DNA of 64,000 nucleotides, taken from the NCBI GenBank assembly GCA_043228905.1, contig JBHGNT010000003.1, positions 17,050,001 to 17,114,000 of the forward strand, given 5' to 3'. The translations under genes were made by a program, and so were the position numbers. Positions 25,102 through 38,400 of this stretch are shown one piece after another. The stretch's first letter is position 1, and each line of letters opens with the position of its first letter. The notes under the pieces were generated by a model. It made no database searches, was not told the origin of the DNA, and saw only the letters and a list, made by a program, of their open reading frames with translations. Source of the DNA: Azolla caroliniana (lineage: Eukaryota > Plantae > Polypodiophyta).

Positions 25102-28100
25102 CTAATCCGGTTGCTGTAACACCCTTTGGTGAAGTGTCTCACGTAGACACCCTGTGTTAGGCCATTGTCCGACCCGAAGAGTTAACAACGTTATCCGGTT
25201 TTCGCTTGTACTCCCCCTCAAGCTTGGCAAGTCAAGGATCGTCAATCCAAGGTCTGACAGGAATTGTTGAAGCTTGTCGGCTCTTAGGGCTTTGGTGAAG
25301 ATGTCGGTTGTCTGAAGATTCGTAGTTATATGTTGAAGGTCAACATCGCCAGCCTGAACATGCTCTCGAATGAAGTGATAGTGCACTTAGATATGCTTCG
25401 TGTGTGCGTGGAACACCGGGTTCCGAGCCCGATAAATACTGCTCATGTTGGCACAATAAAGGAGAATCGGATCTTTGATGGGAACACCCAGATCCTTTAA
25501 TATCCTCTTGAGCCATACGACTTCACATGCAGCCACCACCGAGCCCCTATATTCGGCCTCTGTGCTCGAAAGAGCGACGATTGGTTGCTTCTTGCTACTC
25601 CAGGAGATGGCTCCACTTCCAAGGGAGAAGATGAAACCAGAGATTGATCGTCGGTCGGCTTTGTAGCCTGCCCCGTCGACATCTGTGTACCCCTTGAGTT
25701 GAATTGGCGTGGCCGACTTTTAGAGAATGCCATCATCCATTGTTCCGCTCACGTATCGTAGCACTCTCTTAGCACAATCCAAATGGATATGTCGTGGCGT
25801 TTGCATGAACTGGCTAAGAAGGCCGACCGAATAGCTCAGGTCAGGTCGAGTGATTGTGAGGTAGATAAGACTACCGATCAGTTGTCGATACTAAGTCGGC
25901 TCACACTCTGTGGTGCCAGAATTGGCATCTAGTTTGAGGTTTTGGTTGAGAGGTGTTGCCACAAACTTGCACTCAATCATCCCGAACTTGTATAACAAGT
26001 TGAGAATGTAGTGTCGTTGGGAGATCATAATCCCAACTGGAGTCCGAATTACCTTGATGCCAAGGAAGTAGTGGAGCTCTTTCATGTCCGTCATCTCGAA
26101 TTTGTTGGAAAGGAGGGATTTGACCTTGTTGATGTCGACTAGATGCTCACCTCCAATGACCAGATCATCCACATACAGGATGATGACAATCGAACTTTCA
26201 GAATCGCTTCTTACATAGAGAGAATTGTCGGATTTTGACATTCAGAAGCCGATTCGATGAAGATATTGTGTTATCTTCGAGTGCCAAGCACGTGGTGCTT
26301 GCTTAAGGCCATAGAGAGGCTTCTTGAGTCGACATATGGCTTTCGGATGAATGTTGGATTCGAAGCCGAGTGGTTGTACCATGTACACCTCTTCTAATTT
26401 TCCTTGAAGAAAAGCGTTCTTGACATCCATCTAGTGGAGGTGCCACCCTTTCACTGCTGCAAGCGCTATCATGGTTTCCACGGTTGTCATCTTTGCCACC
26501 GGGGCAAAGGTCCCTCTTCATAGTCGACACCACGTGTTTGTGCGTAGCCCTTTGCTACGAGTCGAGCTTTGTAGCGGTTGACGGATCCATCGACATTATA
26601 CTTCACTTTGTATATCCATTTGCAACCGATTGCCTTCTTGTGCGGTGAGTGAGGGACGAGATCCCATGTCTCATTCCTGCTGAGAGCTTGCATCTCCTCG
26701 TTCATCGCTTCGACCCATCGCGGATCTTTAGCGGCTTCGGCAAAGCTCTCTGGTTCTCGAACTGTTGCCACCTTCATCATAAAGGCATAGTGGTATGCCA
26801 TATAGTCGTTGTAGCCGAATCGGCTAACCAGATTCTTCTCTCGGGTGGAGTGACAAAGTTTCTCATTTGCCAATGTGAGTGCTTTCTCAACTCCGGGTGA
26901 CCTCATAAGAGGCACATCAAAGACATCGAACTCACTATAAAGTGAATGAGTCGATTCGTTTTCGTTGAAGTGATCGTCTTCATATTTCGGCATTTGACCT
27001 TCCCTTTGTCCATCTTTGGACTTGGCCGAGATGAGCTTTAGTTGCTCGGAGGCTCTTGTGGTCCGCTCAATCTGGTTGAGATCGGACTCTCTTCGAGTAT
27101 TGACCTTAGTTGATCATCGTCTTCTATGTTGTCAAGGTCGTTCGTAGATGGTTCAGGAGGAGTCGGCTTGGGTTTGTACCATGATGTCAATTCGTCAAAG
27201 ACGACATCCCGACTTACACGAGTCTTCTGAGTAGAGGGGCTGAAGCACTTGTACCCCTTTTGCTCAAGTGAGTACCCCATGAGGATGCACTTCTCTGATT
27301 TTGGGTCAAGCTTCTGCCATTTCTCATGGGGAATGTGCACGTATGCAATGAAGCCGAATATCCTTACATGGGATAGATCCAGCTTCTTCCCATAGTATTT
27401 CTCGTGCGGGGTGACCTCGTGCACTTTAGATGTTGTGCACCGGTTCATGAGGTAGACGACAGTATTTGAAGCCTCTGCCCAATATGACTTAGGCATATGC
27501 TTCTCGTTGAGCATTGCCCGTGCTACCTCGACGATGTGCTAATTCTTTCGTTCGGCTACACCGTTCTGTTGTGGTGTGTGTCGGCAAGTGAATTCTCGTC
27601 GAATTCCTTCTTTTCAAAGATATGCAGTGAATGCATCGGAGAAGTATTCCTTTCCTCCGTTTGACCGAAGACATCGTACATGACGCCCAGTTGTCTTTTT
27701 TACTTTGCTTTTGAATTTTTGGAAGTGTGTAAACACTTCGCTCTTCATCCTCATGGGGAAGATCCATGTGTATCTAGAGCAGTCATCGATGAAGGTAACA
27801 TAGTATCGACATCCTCTGAACATAGCCATTTGTGCCAGTCCCCACACATCCGAGTGGACTACGTCCAATATGCCTTTGCTCACGTTCCTCTCCTTCGGGA
27901 ACGGGCGTCAATGTTGCTTGCCGAATTGGCATGCTTCACATACTCCTTCAATCTCTTTCTCTTTGAAGGTCGGGAGCCTGATGACGACTCCTTTCAATTG
28001 CATTGCCTTGAGTTTGTCAAGATTGATATGGCCGATTCTTTATGCCATAGCTCTATGTCGGTGTCGGGTTTGAGGCCCTTTGCAAACATGGCCGATTTTA

Positions 28101-29440
28101 CCTCGTTCGCTTCGAGGATAAACATTCGGCCTTCCCTTTGACCACGAGCAATTAGTCGGCCTTCCTTCTCGATGAAACAACCTCCTTGGTTGAATCGAAC
28201 TTGCATCCCTTGCTCCACAATTTGGCCGACCGAGACCAAATTCTTCGTTATGGTGGGTACATGTAAGACATTTTTTATGCAAGTTTGTTCACCTTCTTTC
28301 CCGAATGGGACATTCCCGACATGCCGAATCGGATGAGTGGTGTCGTTTCCAGTCTCGACATAACTGGGTCGATCCGGCTCTCGAAGGTCTTTGAACCATT
28401 CTTGATGGGACGTCGTATGGTTCGAAGCACCGGAGTTGACGAACCATATATCTTCCGGATTCGAGGCATTAGTCGAAGTAGAGGCCGACATAGAATTTTC
28501 TCTATGTCTCATTACAAACATTCCGCCATGATCTTCATAGTTGGAGTTGGTGGCATAATTGGTGAGTTGTCGGCTTGTGGAAGCCGACTCACACTTCTTC
28601 TTCCGGCACTCTTCTTCATGGTGGCTGATTTTTCCGCAATAACCTCATTCGATCGAGGTTTGTTGGCTCGGACCGGAATGGAAGCTCCCCCTTCTTCCAA
28701 AGGTTCCTCGATGGCTTCCGTCTTGTTGCCGAAATTGGGAGTTGTTGTCGTAAGTTGGACCTCATCCGTTGCCTCATCCTTGGCCGAATCGATCTCTTAC
28801 TCGGTCGCGTCCTCTTCCTCCATTCGAATGCGTGTAGAGCATGTGGCCTTCCAAGACGTTGCTCCTTGTTCAAACATGATTCTCTTCGACCAATAACATA
28901 GATTGAAGATCGAAGGAGGGTGGATTCTCCCATACTAGTACGGCGGTCCACATTACGCCGAATCGTGGTGCACGGCCATCGAGGCATTTTTGCACCATTT
29001 TCATCATCCTCCACATTGACACTTATTGAGCCGAGTGCATCACAAAGCTCCTTGATCTTCAAGGTGTAGCTTGTGATGGATGTATCCCTTTGTTAAATGT
29101 TGTTCAACTCTTGGCGGAGTTGAAGCTTCCTCACGGTCGTGTTGGCGGCGAAAATCTTTCGTAGATTTTCCCACACTTCCTTCGGTGTCTCGGCTTCTCG
29201 AATGTAACTGAGCATGTGGTCGTGAACACATGTCACTAAGCAATACATTACTCGACTCGCCGCTTGCTCCCATGTTGCATAGTCGGCGTCTTTCGGGTCG
29301 GGCCGGTTTTCTTGTGCTCCTTTGATGTAGCTCCAATAGCCTTGACCGACAAGGTATTGATGCATCTTGTACTCCCAAGATGCGACGTTGTTTCGGTCCA
29401 ACTTCTCGCTAGGGAGAGCGCTCCCCATTTGAGTATTCAT
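25102..29440 (-). pseudogene. Copia gag-pol polyprotein, frameshifted
   Basis: Gag KLDRNNVASWEYKM; protease WFVNSGAS (catalytic D->N); integrase VHSDVWG, YVTFIDD, LRSNGGKEY; [39 protein letters not shown]; RNase H HYHFIRE..DIFTKAL. Confidence 0.95.
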
Positions 29441-29595
29441 GATGTTCGATGTAGATTTCTTCCTTCTTCTTCTCTCTTGAATACAAGGTATGTAGTCGCA
29501 CTACAATAGCGATGAGCCGGTTCTTCTTGAATGTCGGCGTAGAGCTCAACACGCGCGGATGGGCGAGATCAAGCTACCAAACCGCTCTGATACCA

Positions 29596-29672
29596 TGTAA
29601 AGAATCGATGGTAATTCTTGTGCAGCGGAATAGACTAGAGATATGTGTTGTGTGTGTGTGTGTGTGTGTGTG

Positions 29673-29721
<49 letters not shown>

Positions 29722-30023
29722 CAAGATAGATAATAGATTTTTAACAATAATAGAATACTCAAGAAGATGTATATTACATTGGAGATTAACCAAACTAATT
29801 ACAAAGTAAGAGGAGAGTGCTTTATATAGTCATTCCCTCTCTTCATTAACTACCGAAGCTCATGGGTCATGGGGAATGTGAAAACTCATTAGTTATGTGT
29901 CATAGAATATGATTCTATGACATATAGTTAATGTGTAGATAAGAGTGGTGACTTGTGACCTTTGAGTGCACACTCTCAAGAGTGTGTTCACACACTACAC
30001 TAGTTTGAGCTTGATTCTCAACA
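29596..30023 (-). repeat. Copia 5' LTR
   Basis: Directly followed on the minus strand by the iMet PBS; contains CTATATAAA on the minus strand. Confidence 0.95.
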
Positions 30024-30459
30024 TGATCGATATCCATAGTTTCTTATTATCTCTCATTATTGTTATGGTCAAAGAAGGCCATTCTAATGCACTCATTGTT
30101 ATGGAAGATGAAAGGGAAATTTAGTGTTTCTTGGTTGGCAAATAATATTATGTGTACTCCTAAATGACTTGGTGGGCAATAATATTAGGTGTTTCGAGAT
30201 GAGTTAAAAGGGTTTCTCAATATTACAAGGTCCAATCCCAAATCTGGATGAAGGATCAACATAGCTTGATTGGACATTGGTTAGTAATAGGAGTCATTTG
30301 AATTGGTCTATAGGTTAGGAGAAAGGTGCTTTCTTAGTATTTGGATCGTAAACAAATCCGAAATTTGTTGTAAGTGCCACGCGAGTCATGGCGATGTTTT
30401 TTCTTCCATAATGAAAGCTATTATTTACGAAAAGAAATGCATTTTTACCATTGTTCTCT

Positions 30460-30620
30460 AAGGTCAAATATGACCTAAGGGACCAAAGGAGATCATTTTT
30501 ACACAGTATATGTCAAATCATCATTTTTACGTGATATGTGTGGAATTGAGTAGTGCCTCTCAATGTTGAAGAATTTCACCGATAAAGCGTTGTGATTGAG
30601 AGTGCACATTGTGATTGCAA
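30460..30620. repeat. Dispersed repeat; second diverged copy at ~63448-63580
   Basis: Both copies share AGGTCAAATATGACCTA..GACCAAA, ACGTGATA, TGAGTAG and ATTGAGAGTGCACAT in the same order. Confidence 0.75.
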
Positions 30621-31339
30621 GGACATAAAAAACTAGAAAGAGTTTGCCAGAGTAAAAATATGCCTTGGAAAGTCCTAATGAAAATGGGGAGGAAGTGTAG
30701 GAACTCCGTCTCTCGATAGGGAGATAATGAGGACGGCAATAATCCCATTACCATAGAGAAAATCCACAAGTAGGTTTGAGGAGATTTTTACAAGAGATGT
30801 TTGTTGATAAGGAGAAAGCAACATTGCCTACCTCAATACATCATTAATTGCTAGCATCTTGATATCATATTAACTTATGCATAACATTGAAAGGAATTCA
30901 ATCATATCATTCGCGCTCAATTGATCCGAATCATATTGCTCGTGGCCATTCGATCTGAATCATATCATTTGCAGCCGGCATATCAATTGAAGGGAAGAAG
31001 TTATGTATGTATGGGATTGAGATGTATAAAAATAAAATTTAGAAATGATGAAGAAGATCTCATCACATTGATACATTTTTTGACTGAAAGTCATGAGCCC
31101 CCCCCCCCCCCCCCCCGAAAAACACTTAAAAGCAAAAAGACAAACACAAGCCCTAGCCCTAGAAGTAGATATGTACAGAAATCATGTAACGTTTTTTTGT
31201 TTTGTTTTGTTTTTGTTTTCTTTCCATTGGTTTGGAGTATCAGTACAAGTAGTGGCAGTAGGTAGTAGTAAAGAGGTGAGGGGAGACGATAATTGGCGGT
31301 GGATAAGGACCAGATCGTGGATAATTAAAGATCAAATGG

Positions 31340-31480
31340 GGGAATGAATGGGAATGGTCATGAATGGTAATGGTAATGGATGAATGGGAATGGTAATGAA
31401 TGGTAATGGTGATGATGAATGGGAATGGTAATGGTAATGGTAATGGTAATGGTGATGATGAATTGTAATGGTAATGGTTG
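31340..31480. repeat. (AATGGT)n-like degenerate repeat in the 3' region of the PHI-1 gene
   Basis: Directly visible. Confidence 0.9.
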
Positions 31481-32578
31481 TCAGAGGGGGACACAATTGA
31501 GGGAGGAGGGGTTCCACATGGCGGGGATGAGGAATCGGCGGCCCCGGATGCCATGGGCATTGAAGCTAGAATCGGAAGGGGCATGCTTGAGGAGGTCACC
31601 AGGGTAGCCAGGGTAAGCCCCCCTACCGAAGATACCGGTGCACGCGGACACCGCCTCCAAAGGCGCCGAGGCATCGCCTTGGTAATAGCCGGTGCCGAAG
31701 GGATTGGTGGCGGCCCCGGCCAGGAGGGTGGCCAAATTGATGACCATGCCGTCCAACCCGACGTCCCCGTTGGGCGGGCGGAGGGGCGGGGTCTGGGGCC
31801 CGTAGTGGGCGGCCGCGAAGGGCCACGCGCATTGGCCCGGGCATTGGGCCGCCGAGTTCCCCACCCACAAGTAGGGCACCATCTTGTCGTGGCTGACCTC
31901 CGACGGGAACGTGTACGCGTGGTACCCGCACGAGTTGAGGCAGAAGCCGTCCACATACACGTCTTGCCCAGTGAAGAGGATGTGGATGGATTTGGACGAC
32001 AATTCCCGCGATCCCGATCCCGATCCCGACCGCGAATTGGAGAAGAGGAGCTTCTCGACACCCGCGAGGGTTAGCGTCTTCCCGGCCGACTCCCCCGCGT
32101 CCCGCGCTTGGCTCGCGACCCGCAATGCCGGCATCACCGACCCGCCCCACGCATCCTTGTACCCCGCGGTCGTGCTCCACCACGCGCTCACCGTGTTAGC
32201 CGCCGCCGAAGAAGAATCGGAATTGCTATTACTATTGTTGCTACCACCATGAGCACCACTCCCACTCAAATTGGGCGGGATCGGGGCGAAGGATTCGAGG
32301 AAGTCTAGGAGGATCGACTCCTGGGCCGGCTCGAAGTGGCCGTACCACAGGATGTGGACGTCGAGCCGGCCGGCCCCCGATAGCACGGGCCCGTTGTGGT
32401 AAGGCAGGAGTAATGGTGGGGGTTTCACCAGTGCCAAGCTCTGAGAGTAGAGGTTCCAGGAGTATGGCTTAGAGCTCAGGGCTGCTGCTGGTGTCCATTG
32501 GACACACACTACTACTACTACTATTATTACTATTAGGAAGCCAAACACAGCATTATCAGTTAGACTACTACTACCCAT
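31481..32578 (-). CDS. PHI-1/EXORDIUM-like secreted protein, intronless, 365 aa
   Basis: Hydrophobic signal; YHNGPVL, ILWYGHF, VSAWW, FCLNSCGYH, WVGNSAAQCPGQCAWPF, PPNGDVGLDGMVINLA, TNPFGTGYYQG, APLEAVSACTGIFGRGAYPGYPG, FLIPAMWNP. Confidence 0.96.
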   Translation of the reverse strand: MGSSSLTDNAVFGFLIVIIVVVVVCVQWTPAAALSSKPYSWNLYSQSLALVKPPPLLLPYHNGPVLSGAGRLDVHILWYGHFEPAQESILLDFLESFAPIPPNLSGSGAHGGSNNSNSNSDSSSAAANTVSAWWSTTAGYKDAWGGSVMPALRVASQARDAGESAGKTLTLAGVEKLLFSNSRSGSGSGSRELSSKSIHILFTGQDVYVDGFCLNSCGYHAYTFPSEVSHDKMVPYLWVGNSAAQCPGQCAWPFAAAHYGPQTPPLRPPNGDVGLDGMVINLATLLAGAATNPFGTGYYQGDASAPLEAVSACTGIFGRGAYPGYPGDLLKHAPSDSSFNAHGIRGRRFLIPAMWNPSSLNCVPL

Positions 32579-32773
32579 GCTCTTTTGTTTTAAAACTTTT
32601 ACTCAATTTGCTTTGTCTTCTTTGTTGTATATAACTATATAGACTGACTGACTGACTGACTGATTGTGTATGTATGTAGTTCTTCATTCATTTGGTTAGT
32701 TTATATATACATATGTATGTCTGTATGTGTGTACACATTGCTAGACCTTTATCTGGGCTTTTGCCCCTATCTC

Positions 32774-32806
<33 letters not shown>

Positions 32807-35499
32807 ACACATGACCCTTTGATAGCCCTTGTCCACACTCACTCATCGCACAGTCCCCCATCTCGTGCCCCACTCTAGATTAGGCCAATGCCCCGCGGGG
32901 GCCCATTCTACTTGTGCGCTCTCCTCCTTAATACACTTTTGCTTAACCATCGAGCCGCTTCCGTTGTGCGCATCTCATGCACTGTCGTTCATTTGTTTTG
33001 GGTCGCTGTATCTCTACACTTGTGAGGGTCCCAACATGGACCTTGATAGATAAGTCTAGACTTGTTTACTCGCGTTTTGGGTTTATGACAAGATGCCCGT
33101 GTGTGGACCCTCCTTTGTAGATCCTTTGGGATTGGCTTGTCTCTACACATGAGTGGGGGGGAGTATGTTCTAGAGATGGACTATTGTCCACGTCGGGAAT
33201 ACCTACCCATGATTTGAACATGGCCATTCTTGCATTTCGGTTTTACAAGCTCAGTGTGTAACTTTGTGTAAACTCTTGACATCACAACCATTTCTAAATA
33301 ACTCCTTATCAATGTGAGTGTACTCGAATGCGGGGGTCCCTCCTCTACGAGAGTCGAGATGTTCACTTCTTTGCATCTAACTAGCTACATTTTCTATTAT
33401 GGTAAAGCTTGGACAAAGAGATGATATAGAGAAACTATTCAATGGTTTGCTTCTTTTTTGGTTTCAAAAGTCTATAAAAAATATGGGTTTACACTTCCCA
33501 ATGGGCATGTGGTCACATATTTCGAAATATCAAATCGTACAACATGTCCAAAATTTACGTTTGTCTATGTTTAGATTGTAATGAATACAGAAGAATAAAG
33601 GCCGATTGCCGTTTTATATCACAATATCACCCAATTCCACCTCCGTCCTTCGAGCAAATAAATGCCTTTAACGTACAAGAAAAAACAAAGCTTAAAAAGA
33701 GCCTTATATATATATATATATATATTCTTCGAACTTCCTCATTTTTACATCGAGACGTAGAGAAGCAAATGATTCTACTAGCAGAACGTGTGTCAATGCT
33801 CACGACAAATCCCAACATGGCATTTTCTTGTTTGTACCTCATAAAACTCTAAACCCAAAATATCACTACTTATAAAAATGGAGGTAAATTTTGGGATGCA
33901 TTTATATAGCCGACACTCTCTTCTTTTTCACAAACATAAATGTAAAAGTAAGCACGGCATGCTTTCGAAACATTGGACCATAAGTCAAGCATTTAGAAGT
34001 CTTGGAAAAAGGCAATGCTACATGTTGAAACCATGTGATCACCCAAATTGATGACCATCATCATGCTAGTCATTTTTGGCCATCCACGGAACATGTATCA
34101 CCGAAATACGGTACAAATATGACACCTTTAACCCTATGTTTTGTGTGACCTTACCAATAGGGGCATGTCATTCGAACCCCAAAGATATATCAGATGAGAT
34201 CGTTTCGATTCGGAGCGCGACACTTTCACAAGTGGGGTGCAATCCCCCCCCCCCCCTCCCTTGATTGTGTTTAATATACCTAGAACAAAGCACATGGGAA
34301 TAAATAGCCTTTTGCCACGTGGACTCATTGGCGCCAAAATCACATTGAAAAGAAGAAGAAGAAACAAAGGAACTTTAACCCAAAAACATAAAAAAGACTT
34401 TCCCACCAAAAAAGAAACAAAATACAAAAGGGTATATATGTGTATATATATTTTAAAAAAAGGTTGTAATTAGTATATATTTTGTTTTTATGTGAATTTG
34501 CAGTCGAAACAAAATCGGTGCGTTGTGTGATAATTTTTTATTGTTCCATAATCTATTTATTGTTGCCATCTTTATTTAAAAACAAAGAAGGTCTCCATTG
34601 TTTTTTGAGCCCCATGATTTTGCTTTTTCAATGCATAAAAGAAGCATAAAACAAGACAAAACATGAAGCCCCACCCAACCCACCATGAATCATCATCATC
34701 ATCATCCACACTATCATATCAGTTCAGTTCATTTCACATAATAGTAGTAGCACTCGTCGTAGTATGTAGTAGCAAAAGCGGCCTCTCCACATTTGTTTTT
34801 TCTTTTCGTCTACGTTTTACTCCTAAACGTTTCGGACACGAACAATCGCTTATCCCACTCCTCATATTCCATGCTAATATGTTTCCTGTCGGTCCCACAC
34901 TGCTCTTGGTAGTATGTGTGTTATTTTACTTCATTATTTGGGCATATGCCTTGTTTATAAATGCACACATGCAATGGCTTTGATTGATTTTAGCTTCTTT
35001 GTTTAATGTTGCAATGTGCATGTGAAATTATGTGATTTGTTTCTAACAGTATGTATACTGCATGTGTTTGTATTTTTTTTTCATAATAATTTGGGCGTGT
35101 GCCCTCTGGTGAATGTGCACATGCAGTGTCTTACTGTTTGTTTACTGTTTGCAAAGTGTATGTAAGAGTTCATAAAGTATGTATTTTCCTATGTGTGTGC
35201 GTGTGTGTATAGATGAGAAGGGACTTTAGGAAATAAGTGGGTTTAAGATCAAAGAGGGGGAAGAGTCGATAGGAATTAAAATAAAGTAGAAGTTGGGCAG
35301 AGCTGTCTGAGGACATATTAATATTTCTTTTTAAGGGTGCAAATTTGTCTTAGTGCCAACGATGAAGAATAATGTGAACCTAGGGTTAGCGTTGATCCTA
35401 GAAATAAAATCGGGTTGGAGGTTCGGTGAAGTAGGTCAAGTGATGAGGAAACCTGTGTCCAACATCACTTTCTTCTTTAGCAATGGGCAACACTGCTTG

Positions 35500-35852
35500 T
35501 AACAATCGGCAACGGTTCGGTTCGATGGGTTCCAAACCGAACCGTTAAATTTTTTTAAAACCTGAACCGATGAAACCGTTAAACCAAACCATTAAAAAAT
35601 ATTCAAACCGTTAAGCCATTAAACCGGTAAAACCGTGGTTGCATGGTTTGGTTTCGGTTTTAAGCTTAGGTCAAAAATTTTAAAGATTTTCCTAAAATGT
35701 GAGAATAAGGCATGAAAATGATAAGATTGTTTAAAAACGATTTTTAAAAATTTGTTTAAATTGTTTTTTAAAACTTTAAAAAAACTAAAAATTCGTTAAA
35801 CCATTAAAACCACGGTTTGGTTCGGTTCAGACCGAACCGTTGCCGATTGTTA
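35500..35852. mobile_element. hAT-type MITE, copy 2
   Basis: Perfect TIR TAACAATCGGCAACGGTTCGGT; 8 bp TSD ACTGCTTG/ACTACTTG; core shared with copy 1 (CCTAAAATGTGAGAATAAGG). Confidence 0.93.
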
Positions 35853-36899
35853 ACTACTTGTATCAAATGCTCAATCATGAGCATTGTTCGCCATGCTCCC
35901 ATTCCTTTTAGTTGTTGTGTAGACACATTCAGAACCAACTAGCCATAATGGGAGTTATCATGGTATGTGTTCGCAACACAATAGGCTCACTCACACCATC
36001 GTATCGAGCTTCACACTAGGGTATAACTTAAGGTTTCAACACGTGAGCATTTCCCAATGGAAAGGCATCGGATATGTCGATTCGGATATGCAAGTTTGAA
36101 TCTCATTGCTCTCAAAAAGTTTAATGAAGAATTTTACTTTTCACCAAATTCCTTTCTTTTTGTCTTGATTGGAAGTTGAAGACACATTTGCCGAATTTTA
36201 GTGTAAAAAAATTGTGTGGTGGCTAGTAGAGAAATGAACAAATTGCATAGTGGCGACTACTATCACTACGAGTAAAATCAAGATGTGAGTAACGGGGAAA
36301 TAGTCAATGTCGTTCAGACAAAAGATCAAGTACTAGTAGATCGATGGTCCTCTTGGAGTCACATAAAAGAATGTCTCGCAAGTTCCATGAGAACACAAAT
36401 GTGTTCTCATGTGGTGGCCTTTCAAAGCACACCTTACGTGTTTAGTTGTTCCAGATGATGAGAAATCCGTTAGACCTATAGGAAAGAATGTCTCCACAAG
36501 TTCCATGGTAAACAAAAGTTTTCATTCATGGATAGCCTTGCCAATAACTTCTTTTGCGTCGAGCCTATAGGATCAAGCCACTAAAGGTTTCACAAGGGAA
36601 TTTGTTGCCTCCCTTTCGTCGCTTCTTTCTTCAAGCTTTGTTCACCCCAAAACTTAAAGTTATAGAGATATATATACAAATAAGTTTGGGTATAACTTAT
36701 AAGTTGATATCAAACCAATTTTAATCGAATGAGGGGAGGTTAGCAGTTGCAAAAACCCGCAATTTACATTTAGTTTTTAGCAATTCAAATAAAAGCTACA
36801 CCATATTACATAGTATATAACCCTTTTGCACAAGCATAAAGAAATTAGGACAAGAAAGAGTTGAGGGAATAGCTTTGATTTGGCATAGTGTCTACAATG

Positions 36900-38400
36900 A
36901 ACAACAATGCCTTGCTTTTCGTAGACCTCCCACATGCCCTTATGATTTGGTTATTTGCTATATTCAGTCTTTTGTTGTAACTTGGGTGTTCAAATCCCTA
37001 AATGAGTGAACTTGACAACTCTTGGTAATCCAATGCTTTTTCTTTAGAGCATAAACTTTGTTTGTCATTATCCTTGCATGGATGCTTGGCTTCAACAAAG
37101 TGTGTGCCAACTTATTCTTATTTGGGCCACACTTCTAACCACTCATGCATTGATGCTCCGTTTCCCCCTTCCAATCATTGTTACTAGGTTTCAAACCTTA
37201 TTGTGTGTGTTCACAATGAGTAATCCTTTCCATTGGAGCTATGGTTTGTTGTTTTCTTAATCATCTTTTTTACTTTCTCATCCAATGCTCATTTTGTCCA
37301 TAATGTTGACCTCATGTAAAACTTGATTGTTCAGGCATTTTTCCATGCGCACATGCCACATCAAGGCATCATCGATGTTTATTGGTCACAATAAGTCTCT
37401 TCTACACTCCCAAATCTAATGTTGCATTACTAACCTTTTTAAGCATTAACAGACACTTAAGCATTGTACACCATAGTATGTGAAAACTTTTCATTTTAAT
37501 CCCACATAAAATGCTTGATGTTTGACTAGTATGCACATGATCACAATCGATGCCTTGAGATGTACAACTATCCTTCATATACAAATAATTATGTGCTTAG
37601 AAAGAAAGTATTTTATTTCAAGAATCATGAAGCCATTCACATACTTCCCTAACATTTGATATCTCTACCATGATATGGTAATGTGTAGTAAGTGGATGAT
37701 CAGAATCGTGCCATATCCAACATTACATCCTAAAGCACAATGTGAAAACACTGCAATGTAGGTGTAGGAAACCTCTCCATCAACGCACAAGCCTATTGTC
37801 CACAAGATTCACATCTGACGCATCAACATTTACATTCAAATTTGGCAATGCTATCTTTTACACGCATTATATTGTGCAGAATGAGTGAACCTTGAATGTT
37901 GTGAAAGCATTTCTCAAGACCGTAGTGTACACCATATCATCAAGAAATTTGGCAGCATATTGTTAATCACAAGATTTTGCCAGCACAAATCCATGTTTAT
38001 ATAATTCAACTTCTAGAATTTCAATATGATCATCACCTTCAGTTAGCAGTAAACATTTGAGGTAACCACTATCCATGAGATAATTGAGAATCTAGCATAT
38101 TCACCATCGAGAACTATGAAGAGATCACAATATGTATCTAAGAGCTCCTACAATTACGATGATTTAAATCAGCAAGAAGAGCTTCATAACTGTGCGGCAA
38201 GAATATATTGCCCATTCCAAGCAATTGATAGTGCTAGAATACACAGCACAAAGAGTCATTTGCCAACTCCATCCTTGACAATACCCTGGTAATAAGGGAA
38301 ATGGAGAGTATGCGACCTTGTGAGGCACACCATCAAGGACTATAAACCACAATCAAGTTATGTAACTGTTTTATGTCCAGAAGTGGTTAGCTATAGTCAT
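36900..38400 (-). mobile_element. Possible very old LINE relic
   Basis: Weak fragments such as KFLDD and RISWHTLC in LINE ORF2 order; no ORF. Confidence 0.25.

Larger units (their letters stand above)
24236..30023 (-). mobile_element. Full-length, decayed Ty1/copia LTR retrotransposon
   Basis: TG..CA LTRs at 24236-24645 and 29596-30023; 5 bp TSD CGATC/TGATC; tRNA-iMet PBS TGGTATCAGAGC (29584-29595); PPT TTGAGGGGGCG next to 24646; domain order gag-PR-INT-RT-RNaseH. Confidence 0.97.

Noticed and set aside
31240-32308. Long overlapping and antisense ORFs (273, 198, 186 and 122 aa)
   Set aside because: By-products of high GC3 in the PHI-1 gene; no recognisable motifs.
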